A stretch of 33,316 nucleotides of DNA, from assembly GCA_030613445.1 (NCBI GenBank), contig JAUWLY010000003.1:1-33316 (forward strand). The letters are read 5' to 3'. The first letter of the stretch is position 1; the number at the start of each line of letters is the position of its first letter. Positions 8,436 to 18,153 of the stretch are shown here, piece after piece. The position numbers were made by a program, and so were the translations under genes. The notes below the pieces were generated by a model. It saw only the letters and a program-made list of their open reading frames with translations. It was not told the DNA's origin and ran no database searches. This DNA comes from Candidatus Stahliibacteriota bacterium (GTDB taxonomy: Bacteria > Hydrothermota > Tepidihabitantia > SM23-42).

Positions 8436-9278
8436 ATGGTTAAGTATTTCAATGCCTTTATTTCCTTTGATATGGAGGGAGTGGGTTGCCTGACTTCGTG
8501 GCAAGAACTGAAAAAAGAGTCACCGTCATTGGCACAGATAAGAGAACTTGCTACTGAAGAAGTTAATGCAGCAATCCGTGGTATAAAAAACGCCCGTCAG
8601 GATATTGGTGAAATAATTGTCTGCGATTCACACGCTGGAGGTGAAAATCTCCTGATCGATATGCTTGAAACTGGAATCCATTTGGTAAAAGGAACACCAC
8701 GCAGTTATTATATGGTTGAAGGAATAGATCAGCAGTTCGATATCCTGTTCTTTATCGGATATCATGCAATGATCGGAACCAAAGGTGCAGGCATGGACCA
8801 TTCATACTCTTCTTCGTCAATCTACAATATCAAATTAAATGGCAAGTATGTCGGAGAAACTGAAATAAATGCTGCGGTCGCAGGCCACTACAAAGTACCC
8901 TTAGCTCTTGTATCGGGTGATGATAAATTGGCTAAGGAAGTCAGGAAATTCTTTGGGCAAGAAATAGAAGTCATCATTACCAAATACGGTATCTCGCGTT
9001 TTGCCGCAAAATGCCGACATCCCCACGATATCCAACAGGAAATAGAGAAGAAAGCTGAACTAGCAGTGAAAAAGGTAAAAAAATTGAACCCCTTTATTTT
9101 CCGGCCACCAATAAATGCAGAAATTGAGGTTATTAATACCGTAATCGGCGATGTTATTGAACCAGTACCTGGTTTGAAAAGGGTATCGGCACGGAAAGTA
9201 ACTTTCCAGACAAAAAATATTATTGAGTTCTATCGCCTGCTTAGAGTAATTTGTAACCTTGCATATACTGTAAAATAA
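8436..9278 (+). CDS. dppA: M55 family D-aminopeptidase (DppA-like)
   Basis: IS.DMEG, EVNAAI.G, V.DSH....NL, FIGYHA, DHSYSS, GE..INA..AG...VP..LVSGD. Confidence 0.9.
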   Translation: MVKYFNAFISFDMEGVGCLTSWQELKKESPSLAQIRELATEEVNAAIRGIKNARQDIGEIIVCDSHAGGENLLIDMLETGIHLVKGTPRSYYMVEGIDQQFDILFFIGYHAMIGTKGAGMDHSYSSSSIYNIKLNGKYVGETEINAAVAGHYKVPLALVSGDDKLAKEVRKFFGQEIEVIITKYGISRFAAKCRHPHDIQQEIEKKAELAVKKVKKLNPFIFRPPINAEIEVINTVIGDVIEPVPGLKRVSARKVTFQTKNIIEFYRLLRVICNLAYTVK

Positions 9279-9297
9279 TACCTACCTTACCGAATTT

Positions 9298-9370
9298 ACC
9301 CCGTATGAAACCCATGATTTATTTATTCTTCAGCAGCTATGCCTCAAAGGACGATATTTCCCAACGGGGT
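9298..9370. repeat. Possible small inverted-repeat element between convergent genes
   Basis: ACCCCGT(atGAAA) at 9298 and (TTTCcca)ACGGGGT ending at 9370: a 7-bp perfect inverted repeat with an imperfect extension. Confidence 0.35.
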
Positions 9371-9373
9371 TTA

Positions 9374-10663
9374 CTATTCTATTGGTTGAAGTTCGAATTC
9401 ACAAACTGCAGTCCGCTCTTTATTACTTAGTAAATCTACGGTCCGTAAAGTAATAATATAAAAACCAGGTTCAAGATCCATGGGGTGATATAGAGCTGCT
9501 AAATAGGCAACATCGCCCGCCTCTATTTGATCTTTGATCACCACATCGACAATTTCTCTTTTCATCTTCACTTTATTGGTGACTTCATAAGTCATCTTCA
9601 ATTGATGCATACCGTTCTTAGTTTCAAGGTTATAGACCTCGGCGTAGAAGTAAAAAGGCGTATGGATCAATAATATTGGTCGGGTCATCGGGATGACCCG
9701 ACCCACTGGTTTGTTGAATTTTTCGTGCGAAAAAGTGTTATCGATCAACCGCATCGGAATCAGATCACTAATCTCTTTGGCATCATCCTGATAATCGAGC
9801 AGGTTAACCCGAAGTGTTTTCTTAGCTACGGTTCGGTTCTTGATATCGCTCATTGTGATTTCTAACCGATATTCAGCAGGATCGAGCCAGAAATTAACTT
9901 CATCAAAGAAAACCCCATGGTCACTATCTATGGGGATTAGAATACTATTCTTTTCTTTAACGATATTATCCTGGTTATCAAACACCTTCACCTTTCTTGA
10001 AAAAGAAATCCCGGTTGTGTCATTAACAAATACGGATAAATATATTTCAAGACGGGTCAGATTCTTCTTTTGTCGAAATCTCCCGGTAGTCATAGCAAAC
10101 TCGAGCAACGATGTCGATTCAACTTCTATAAAGCTATCCTGATGCACTTCTTTCAAATGAGGTACTTTCACATGTTCGCCGAATTCTGACTGGGCAATCA
10201 TCTTATAGGCGCGCGCGTACCTGACAAAATCAAAAATCAAACCTTCTCGTTTATATGTCCATATTTCGGCAGGCTTCACTGATTCTTTGACTTTCAAGGC
10301 AATTTTCTTTTGGGGCCAGATTTCTTCTCTTTTTGAAGGTTCGCCGTATTTCATGAATACCTGTATGCGCTCATCACTTATTGGCGAATGCTTACCATAG
10401 TGGTGAAAGGCATACTCAATCCTCTCTTCAAATTGCTCGCGGTCTTCGGCAGTCTTACCTTCCCAAAATGCATCATAGTACCTGGCGCGTTCAGATGCTG
10501 ATGGTAAATTGATATACTCTTCTGCAGCTATAACGTCTATTCCTTTCAGACCAAGGAATATCTTTCTTTCAAATTCAAGCAGACGATAGTAACGTGCGGC
10601 AAATATGTTTACTGCAGTACAGTAGATAATAAGAAGTGCAAAAATAATCGCCGCTGTTTTCAC
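9374..10663 (-). CDS. Exported GWxTD-domain protein (domain N-terminal, motif degenerate)
   Basis: Signal-like segment after GTG 10663 (start uncertain; the ORF-track start overlaps the upstream gene by 101 bp). ER..YY..FW...F.ERI.YA...Y......DER......YGEP...E...EIW.Y pattern. Confidence 0.7.
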   Translation of the reverse strand: MKTAAIIFALLIIYCTAVNIFAARYYRLLEFERKIFLGLKGIDVIAAEEYINLPSASERARYYDAFWEGKTAEDREQFEERIEYAFHHYGKHSPISDERIQVFMKYGEPSKREEIWPQKKIALKVKESVKPAEIWTYKREGLIFDFVRYARAYKMIAQSEFGEHVKVPHLKEVHQDSFIEVESTSLLEFAMTTGRFRQKKNLTRLEIYLSVFVNDTTGISFSRKVKVFDNQDNIVKEKNSILIPIDSDHGVFFDEVNFWLDPAEYRLEITMSDIKNRTVAKKTLRVNLLDYQDDAKEISDLIPMRLIDNTFSHEKFNKPVGRVIPMTRPILLIHTPFYFYAEVYNLETKNGMHQLKMTYEVTNKVKMKREIVDVVIKDQIEAGDVAYLAALYHPMDLEPGFYIITLRTVDLLSNKERTAVCEFELQPIE

Positions 10664-10667
10664 TATT

Positions 10668-11912
10668 TTATTCTTCTTCAATTTGTTTCTCCAATTGTAT
10701 CCTGTCTTCTCTTCGGTATGTTCCCGGAGCAATATCATACAACCATTGATCATCTCCAATATCATCACCAGCTCTGAAGATTTTCACCAGCTCAGGATTG
10801 CCGTCACTCATCTTGTCACAGAACACTACGCGGTAACCCAATGTGTAATAATGCCATATCTCAAATGGTCTACCCCAACTAGTTATTGGTTTATCTTCGA
10901 TTTTGTCGGGCGGCCCATTTCTTAGATAATATTTCCCTCTTTCTGAATCCCTGCCCTGTAGAGCGTGCGTTGAAAATTCAGCATCCGCCTCAAGGAGTCT
11001 TCTTTCAAACAACCAGTAGTTTTCCTTTGACCAGAATTTCTTGAGATAACCTCTCTTTTCAAAGTGGCTGAGGCGACTGAAACTTTCATAATCACCAATG
11101 CTAACCAAATATTGAATATCCCAGTAAAACGGCATTAGCGACGTCTCATCATATAGATATTCAATGCGAAACTTCTTAGTTGATGAAAAAGACCCACCAG
11201 ATGCCGGGTCTTGAACCGTGATTCTGTACGAGTACGTGCCTTCAATAAGATCAACCAACAATATACCCACTGTATCGACCTGGATATAATCATATTTCAA
11301 TCGTTGTTCGCTCTTTGCGAACACGGTATGCTCAAGACTATCAATAACCTGATACTCTACTTGATAATAAAGACTGTCTGGAATCAAACCATAGATCTCC
11401 AGATATACGAGCAGGGTATCTTGATCAGAAAAAGTAGACTGGACTATGGGGATAAGAGGGAAATCATGGAAAAGGATACCTTCGCGGTCTGGTTTTCTAC
11501 CAAATACCATATCACTGCTCCATAAAACAGCGGTATCTGGCAGGATCTCAAAAGTGTCAATGAAAGAGGTATCATATTCACTGTTATTTATGGAAAACGA
11601 ATAGTGGAAATTACCAGAATACAAAGATGCTGAAATATAATCGATCAAGGAATTGTCTTCTTGCTCAGCAGTAATATAGGTTCCTTTTGTCCCTTCAATG
11701 TGTGCTGAATCATTATTTGACACATCATAGATATCAAATTGATATTTGAATGATACAAAAACTGAATCACCTAACCGTAATGTTTCTTGTTCATCTTTTG
11801 ATAATACCAAACTTATCGGTATTTGATACCAGAGTTCTATGTAATCATCGTCAAAACAATACAATTCAACGACTGGCGTCGATGAAAAAAATAAGAATGT
11901 CAAAAGTAACAT
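10668..11912 (-). CDS. Exported GWxTD-domain protein (domain C-terminal, motif degenerate)
   Basis: GAGGAG SD before ATG 11912 and a short signal peptide. YL..FW...ERR...AD..FS.....GRDSERG.YY..NGPPD.IE...EIW.Y. Confidence 0.78.
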   Translation of the reverse strand: MLLLTFLFFSSTPVVELYCFDDDYIELWYQIPISLVLSKDEQETLRLGDSVFVSFKYQFDIYDVSNNDSAHIEGTKGTYITAEQEDNSLIDYISASLYSGNFHYSFSINNSEYDTSFIDTFEILPDTAVLWSSDMVFGRKPDREGILFHDFPLIPIVQSTFSDQDTLLVYLEIYGLIPDSLYYQVEYQVIDSLEHTVFAKSEQRLKYDYIQVDTVGILLVDLIEGTYSYRITVQDPASGGSFSSTKKFRIEYLYDETSLMPFYWDIQYLVSIGDYESFSRLSHFEKRGYLKKFWSKENYWLFERRLLEADAEFSTHALQGRDSERGKYYLRNGPPDKIEDKPITSWGRPFEIWHYYTLGYRVVFCDKMSDGNPELVKIFRAGDDIGDDQWLYDIAPGTYRREDRIQLEKQIEEE

Positions 11913-11930
11913 AACTCCTCGTCTAAAATC

Positions 11931-11958
11931 ATTATAACAACACAATGTGTGATGTCAA
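11931..11958 (-). promoter_or_regulatory. sigma70-type promoter for the GWxTD pair
   Basis: Minus strand TTGACA-16 nt-TATAAT, followed by the SD and ATG 11912. Confidence 0.8.
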
Positions 11959-11968
11959 GGTTAAGCAA

Positions 11969-12153
11969 GGTGACCGAGAATGTCGAAATTTGTAGGAGTA
12001 GAGCCTTTAGGCTCGGCTCGTTAAATATGGAGTACAACGAGTCCCCTCGTTGCATGCAATGTCAGGAGACAGTGCACTCCCAAAATACGGACGTACGTTT
12101 CGTCCCGAGCTCAACATCGAGGGAAACGCCCTACTCCTAATTCTTGGTCAACC
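11969..12153. mobile_element. MITE-like element containing an inverted REP-like pair, copy 1 (longer, with nested insertions)
   Basis: Shares about 55 bp at the left end and about 28 bp at the right end with 20643-20769. Terminal inverted repeat TGACCGAGAAT / ATTCTTGGTCA with 1 mismatch. Confidence 0.75.
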
Positions 12154-12231
12154 AGTAGAGCTGCGAAGCCAGTTCTGACGAATGGACTCTTCTTCTTATT
12201 TTTATGAATTTATAATCTAAGCCATCTACAT

Positions 12232-15200
12232 CTATCGCACCAGTATTATCTTCTCTGTTTTTTCGTAACCTGAAGTTTCTAATCGTATAAAATAAACACC
12301 GGCAGCTAGATCTTTCGGCATTATCAGGAACTCGTTCATGCCGATTTTTGCTTTACCATCAAATATCGTTTCAGCCAATCTTCCCACAACGTCATACATC
12401 TTTACCGTAACCTTGCGTTCGTCTGGTGAATTGAAGCGAATTTTTAGCATCCCTTTTGTCGGATTTGGGTACATACTTTCAAAGAAAAAGCGTTTAATGG
12501 GTTGAACTCCGGCACTCTGTGGACCCCCACCACCCACTTCGTGCATCTCAATCTCTAAACCGCTGAGTACGGCAATCGTGCCGCTGAGTCTTTTGATTTT
12601 TATTGTTATTTCATTGTCATTAAGACACGCCTGTGGTATCCAGGTATCTTCTGTCACTATTTCACCTGGCTCCACCCAGCGATTATGGTGTAATATGTCG
12701 TCTATATTAAACTGCAGCTTTAGTTTACCCGGTTCCTCATGATAATAGGTCCATCTAATCTTGTATTTTTTGTGCGGCGAGTGTAGGGTCATATGGTATA
12801 TTAATTCTGTAGAATCATAATCAAAAGTCTGAAAATCCTCTGGTCCAAGTGTCAGATAACCATCCCTCTGTACTATGACTGGAACCGGTGTTTCAGTACC
12901 CATGTCGAAAGCATAAGTTGGTGCCGGTTCTTCAATTGGTAGATTAAGATGATATATATAACCCAGACTATCTAAATAACTATACTCAGTCCAGACCAGA
13001 TCTATTGAAGCAGGTTCATTGTTCTTTTCTGGATTGTATAGAATCTGAGGATAGGCAATCAAATCCGTTGAATATTCGATCTCAATCGGCTCGATCATGC
13101 CGCTCCCTGGGATCTCGCCATAGTATAAATGCGATAACATTCCATCCTGTTTAGTCCAGGTAAGATAAGGACCACTTGAAAATGGACTCTCGCATTCGGC
13201 AATTGTTTGTGTACCACTTAGATTTGGCGAACCAGTCCAGCCATAACGATGTTTGATTACTTCTTGTTCACACCAGAAATGGTCAATTTGATCTTCGCTC
13301 ATAGTAATAAGAGGATAATCGATCATCACACCATGGGATGTCTGTTTGGTTATGAGAGTATCTTCAATCTGATAATAGTATAAAGAATCACCAAAACCTT
13401 CCCAGAGAACATGCACCACTGCTTCAGGATCAAGGGTTATTGACGGCGAGATAAGCTTGGCAACGACTGAATCTGCATACATAGCAGTATCAATGGGAAC
13501 TGGGATGGGATGTAATGGTACTGAATCAAGCACCTGCCACTGACCATCTGCTGGTGAAGCAAGCGGAAATTCGCCATATATAAGAGCATAGCCTCGAAAG
13601 GTAATTATCATAGGCATAGTATTGCCAGGTGCCGGATGATATGTTGGTCCGTAGCTGGTTTCGAATATGAAATACCCTGTCGTATCATCAACTGCAAATG
13701 ATGGAGCACCTATTCCCCAGAAATAGGAATCATACGTATGCATTAAAGGAACTTGTGGTGACCAGTTATGGTCATTGAACGTACTTACCCTCAATTCTTC
13801 GAGAAAATCAGGTGAACCTTCATTATATGCATAAATCGAATGGAGTTTGTTGTCAGCGCCTAATGACAGCGATGGATATTTACCTGTGCCAACCAAGATC
13901 GGCTCAGACCAGGTTGTGTCCTGCAGGAACGTATGATACACATTGCCACTACTGGTAAATGCAAGATGCAGCACATTATTTGCATCCCGAAGCAAGCGTT
14001 GACTATTATTATAACCCGTCGCCTCAGGAGGAATATCTGGCCCAGGTCCATCAATGATTGCATACCAGGGAGTATTTATAGTTACTGCCTTCACTGCGTC
14101 TTTTTTCTTGTAGTTATACCCTGCATATGAAGTCACCAAGACAACTTTTTGCGACCCCATTTGCGCTGAAGATTTAGGGGTAACTTCTAATCTTAAGTTC
14201 GTAGCCTGACCTGGATTTAGAATTTCCCAGTAATAACCACCGACAACACCATCTGTTATGTCCTGACCTCCTGAAAGAGCATCATAATACTTAACTGTCC
14301 ATTGAGTATCACTACCATTACCGGTTATAACAACAACATCCCAGGTTTCACCATCATTTTCTACCTTTATATCATAAATTCTCTTACGCCAACTCCAGGT
14401 TTTTTGGCTTTTTGTTTGTCCTTGGCCTGTTGCATTATAGATATTATTTCCTGTATAAACAGATTCATTCCTATTTTTAATAAGATTGTCGGGCTGAAGA
14501 TAATTACACTGCGTATCCATATAAACAACATCAATTTTTTCACCCAATGGAGACTGTGTACGTGAAGTTATCGTAACTCGTCTCACTAATCCATTCATAT
14601 TTGATCCAGGCTTTACTTCAACCCGAAGATATTGAATACTACCTGGCTCGAGGTTAATTTCCCATCCACTGGCAGATTTAATCTGATTTGTTATATCATT
14701 ACCTCCTGAAAGGGCATCATAGTACTGCGTCCACCATGTGCCAGTGCCTGACTCTTGTGCGTAGATTCGAAAAGTATCATATATTGCCCCATCATTTTCA
14801 ATTCTTACATGGTATGTCGCCCATTGATTAGGGTCAGCAAACTGGAGTACATATTGTCCTGAACCAGTTGAATTATAGATGTTGTCGCCGATATACTCAG
14901 TGCCCCACCACGGCTTAACATGGTTATCTGGTTGAAAAGGAATATGAGATAATGCTGCATGGCAGTCCAGGCGTCCCCAACCATAATCGTTGTTTGGATA
15001 TGAACCACCTTGACATGGTCTGTCGGCTGTATTCAATAGAATGTTGTAAACAATCTGTGGTGAAAATGTAGGGTATTTCTGTAAGAAAAGGGCGACTGCA
15101 CCTGTAATATGAGGTGCAGCCATTGATGTTCCGCTAAAGGTTCTATAGCTCCAGCCTGAAGAAGAACGAACAGCTATACCAGGCGCTGAAATATCGGGTC

Positions 15201-16290
15201 CTATTCGATTCCAATCGTGACGTAGCCAATATTGAGGATCATTCCAAGGTGGCCAATCCCTAACTGGACCTCGTGAAGAGAAAACCGCTATATTATCATC
15301 CACATCTGTTGCGCCAACACCTGTAACCATTGGGTAGTTAGCTGGTTGATTTGTAGTGTAGATGCCAGGTCCTTCATTTCCAATGGCAGCTAACACATAA
15401 ATACCCAACTCTAGCAAGTTTTGACAATCATCCCAAAACTCAGGTGGTAAGGGATCACCCCATCCCCAAGAATTGTTTATTACATCCACAGTCTGATTTG
15501 CAAACCATTGAAAGCAATTGTGCACCCAGGAGGCGTAAGCGTTACCAAGCATATTGAAACCCTTTGCACATATAAACTTAGCACCAGGAGCGACACCAAT
15601 ATCATCTTCTAACGGCCCGTTGCCATCACCACCGCAAATTGTACCCATGGTATGTGTTCCGTGATAAACAGGGATATTGTCATCATATGGATCAGGTAAA
15701 CCATTTACTGCATCATACCATCCACCACTAATCCACTTTCCAACCAAGGCTGGATGATTTACATTTACACCAGTATCCATGTTGCCGACTACTACATTCG
15801 TACCGTCATAACCTAGATTCCAACAATTAGGTGCTTTTACTTTTATGATATTCCATTCTGGTGCTGGTGACAGTAGATCATCTCTGGTTACTTCTGCTAT
15901 CTCAGTGTCAAGTGTGATAGTAAAATCATCAATTACATATTCTACATCGTGTCGTACTGCAACTTGGTCAATTATATTCTTTGATGCCCTAAATGTTAAT
16001 CCATTGAAAATCCACCACGTCTGCAAGTCTGATATTTCATCCTCAAAACTGGCTAAATGATTTAAGATATCTGCTTGATCATCCAAAGAATATTCCTGGA
16101 GATAAAGAATCTTTTCGGTTTTTGAAATACCTCTGTCTAGTTGAGACAAGTCAGCCTGATTTTTCATATGGACTATTACTTGAATCCTCTCGTCTTCTTC
16201 AAGTAAAGCCATCTTATTGGCTAACCCAGGGAGAATAATACCTGCGTTAACTAGAATAGCATTCATCAACAATAATAATACATACCGCAT
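12232..16290 (-). CDS. Secreted S8 family serine peptidase (bacillopeptidase F-like) with tandem Ig-like repeats and a C-terminal T9SS type A-like sorting domain
   Basis: AAGGAGG SD before ATG 16290, signal peptide and propeptide. Catalytic triad in NMDTG, HGTHTMG and GTSMAAPH; oxyanion Asn in AIGNEG. C-terminal YPNP...YDV.GR...L..GVYFIRL...K.IL.R. Confidence 0.92.
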   Translation of the reverse strand: MRYVLLLLMNAILVNAGIILPGLANKMALLEEDERIQVIVHMKNQADLSQLDRGISKTEKILYLQEYSLDDQADILNHLASFEDEISDLQTWWIFNGLTFRASKNIIDQVAVRHDVEYVIDDFTITLDTEIAEVTRDDLLSPAPEWNIIKVKAPNCWNLGYDGTNVVVGNMDTGVNVNHPALVGKWISGGWYDAVNGLPDPYDDNIPVYHGTHTMGTICGGDGNGPLEDDIGVAPGAKFICAKGFNMLGNAYASWVHNCFQWFANQTVDVINNSWGWGDPLPPEFWDDCQNLLELGIYVLAAIGNEGPGIYTTNQPANYPMVTGVGATDVDDNIAVFSSRGPVRDWPPWNDPQYWLRHDWNRIGPDISAPGIAVRSSSGWSYRTFSGTSMAAPHITGAVALFLQKYPTFSPQIVYNILLNTADRPCQGGSYPNNDYGWGRLDCHAALSHIPFQPDNHVKPWWGTEYIGDNIYNSTGSGQYVLQFADPNQWATYHVRIENDGAIYDTFRIYAQESGTGTWWTQYYDALSGGNDITNQIKSASGWEINLEPGSIQYLRVEVKPGSNMNGLVRRVTITSRTQSPLGEKIDVVYMDTQCNYLQPDNLIKNRNESVYTGNNIYNATGQGQTKSQKTWSWRKRIYDIKVENDGETWDVVVITGNGSDTQWTVKYYDALSGGQDITDGVVGGYYWEILNPGQATNLRLEVTPKSSAQMGSQKVVLVTSYAGYNYKKKDAVKAVTINTPWYAIIDGPGPDIPPEATGYNNSQRLLRDANNVLHLAFTSSGNVYHTFLQDTTWSEPILVGTGKYPSLSLGADNKLHSIYAYNEGSPDFLEELRVSTFNDHNWSPQVPLMHTYDSYFWGIGAPSFAVDDTTGYFIFETSYGPTYHPAPGNTMPMIITFRGYALIYGEFPLASPADGQWQVLDSVPLHPIPVPIDTAMYADSVVAKLISPSITLDPEAVVHVLWEGFGDSLYYYQIEDTLITKQTSHGVMIDYPLITMSEDQIDHFWCEQEVIKHRYGWTGSPNLSGTQTIAECESPFSSGPYLTWTKQDGMLSHLYYGEIPGSGMIEPIEIEYSTDLIAYPQILYNPEKNNEPASIDLVWTEYSYLDSLGYIYHLNLPIEEPAPTYAFDMGTETPVPVIVQRDGYLTLGPEDFQTFDYDSTELIYHMTLHSPHKKYKIRWTYYHEEPGKLKLQFNIDDILHHNRWVEPGEIVTEDTWIPQACLNDNEITIKIKRLSGTIAVLSGLEIEMHEVGGGGPQSAGVQPIKRFFFESMYPNPTKGMLKIRFNSPDERKVTVKMYDVVGRLAETIFDGKAKIGMNEFLIMPKDLAAGVYFIRLETSGYEKTEKIILVR

Positions 16291-16373
16291 TTTTACCTCC
16301 TTATTTTTTAGAATATTCAAGAGTAAGAATCTTAAAACCCAAATTGACTTATAAATCAATTTGGCAAAACCAA

Positions 16374-17843
16374 TTAGGGAGATACCCTTCCTGTATGGCG
16401 GGCATCATGTTGATACATTGGCCAAGGACAATTATTTAAACGGCTACTCCCTTCCAGAGCAAAGACGAAACCATGAGTGACTGTGTGGCCAACAGTGAAT
16501 ATTGTACCATTGTCTGCAATCACTGGTGCATAAGCAGCCACTAATAACTCTCTAGTTTTTGCCTTAGGAGTACCATTCGTTTTTATTTTATAAATTTCCC
16601 CATACATTGGTACTACAATCGCATCATCTGCTGTAATTGCAGGAATTTCACCCGGTTTATTGTAATTCCATAAAATAGTGCCGTTTGGTGAAATTGCATA
16701 AAACATTGAATCGCTACCAGTGTATATTGTACCATCTGGACCAATCACAGGTTCATGCAAAAGAGAACCTAGAGTGAGATACCACTCAATTTGTCCTCCT
16801 GAAGTTACAGCATATAGATTCCCAGACCTTTCGCTGATAAGAATCGTTTCATCAGCTGCGAGTGCAGCCGTAGCTCCAGAATGTGGAGACGACGATAGTA
16901 ATGGTAACTTCCAAGACAATGTCCCAGCGGGTGCGATGGCATAATAATAACCATCCTTCGGGCCAACATAAATCTTCCCGCTCTGCCCGATTATTGGCGG
17001 ATAATATAATTCACCCCCGCTTTCATAAATCCACTTTAGACTACCATCTGGATTCAGCGCATAGAGACAGGAATCCGTGCTACCAAAGTATATTGTACCA
17101 TCACCCCCAATTGCACAACCAGTAGGATATTGACTTGCAGGATAAGTCCATTTTATTGAGCCATTAGGGTTTAAGGCAACAAACTCACCGCTCGAAACAC
17201 TTACATAAATTGTGCCATCGTCTGCAATAGCTGGACTAGATGAAATATTGTCACTAAAATTGTAAGACCATAGAGTGACCGCATCAGAGTCGAGAGCAAA
17301 AAGCACCTCATTAAAACAAACATAAATTGTTCCATTATCTGCTAGTGCTGGTGACCAAGGAATAGGATCGCCACCTGGGGCATAACTAAATTCCCATTTC
17401 TTATATATCTCGGAAAATATTGCGATGTCATGAGGTTCTGACCATACAGATGTATCACCGCTAATATCTTCAGATAAAGCACGAATTGAATAAATACTTT
17501 CAGTGGCGAATTTGTGAAAGAATTGGATAGTATCGCCACAGATATAATAAGTTGACCAACGCGTAAAATTGCCATCACCCCAATCAATAAAATACGACAG
17601 AGAATCTCCATCAGGATCCGTGCCACTGACAAAAAATGTGTCTTGTTCCCCACGCCATCCTTCCGTAGGACCATCTATCCATGGAACCTCAGGATCTTCA
17701 TTCTTGCCGCAATAACAAAAAAGACAGAACAATGTAAGACAAACAAAAGTAGCTGAGTGTAATAAAATGTTGAATGATTTTCTTACGTTTCCTCCTTGCG
17801 ACAACATTTTACGTAACAGTTTAGCTATCCTAAAAATCTTCAT
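16374..17843 (-). CDS. Probable lipoprotein with a PKD-like domain and PQQ-like beta-propeller repeats
   Basis: DPDGD.L.Y..DWGDG (PKD-like), repeated SPA...DGTIY.......YALNPDG..KW, C-terminal WPMYQHD..HTG. Hydrophobic segment ending in C-GK. Start codon uncertain. Confidence 0.82.
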   Translation of the reverse strand: MKIFRIAKLLRKMLSQGGNVRKSFNILLHSATFVCLTLFCLFCYCGKNEDPEVPWIDGPTEGWRGEQDTFFVSGTDPDGDSLSYFIDWGDGNFTRWSTYYICGDTIQFFHKFATESIYSIRALSEDISGDTSVWSEPHDIAIFSEIYKKWEFSYAPGGDPIPWSPALADNGTIYVCFNEVLFALDSDAVTLWSYNFSDNISSSPAIADDGTIYVSVSSGEFVALNPNGSIKWTYPASQYPTGCAIGGDGTIYFGSTDSCLYALNPDGSLKWIYESGGELYYPPIIGQSGKIYVGPKDGYYYAIAPAGTLSWKLPLLSSSPHSGATAALAADETILISERSGNLYAVTSGGQIEWYLTLGSLLHEPVIGPDGTIYTGSDSMFYAISPNGTILWNYNKPGEIPAITADDAIVVPMYGEIYKIKTNGTPKAKTRELLVAAYAPVIADNGTIFTVGHTVTHGFVFALEGSSRLNNCPWPMYQHDARHTGRVSP

Positions 17844-17864
17844 AATAATATATTCTTATAATAT

Positions 17865-17892
17865 ATTATACTAATGATTTAAGGTCTGTCAA
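17865..17892 (-). promoter_or_regulatory. sigma70-type promoter for the PQQ-repeat / S8 genes
   Basis: Minus strand TTGACA-16 nt-TATAAT. Confidence 0.78.
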
Positions 17893-18120
17893 TATCTAAA
17901 ATGCGTTTTTTTGACGCGCTATTCGTCTATAAAATTTTGCCAGAAAAATCGAAAGTAAATCAATTCATTAATAGACAATAAGTTTTGAGCAGCGTTTAAA
18001 CTTTTTCCAGATTTTTTAAACAAAAGATGAAGGTAATGGGATTAAATTTTTACTGATCCCGCATTCCCGGTTGAGTGTCCCAAGTACCTATGTCTTTGCT
18101 CAATGCCACAGCAATTGGTA

Positions 18121-18148
18121 TTGACCGTTGGCAATATATATATAGAAT
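18121..18148 (+). promoter_or_regulatory. sigma70-type promoter for the GH57 gene (probably leaderless)
   Basis: TTGACC-16 nt-TAGAAT, then 5 nt to ATG 18154. Confidence 0.7.
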
Positions 18149-18153
18149 ATCAT

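Noticed and set aside
11949-12140. 63-aa ORF, and the similar 62-aa ORF at 20612-20800, as a small protein family
   Set aside because: Their similarity comes from the shared MITE DNA, and the second ORF runs into the tRNA. There is no independent coding evidence.
17927-17942. sigma54 promoter upstream of the PQQ-repeat gene
   Set aside because: TGGCA is present on the minus strand but there is no GC at the -12 position.
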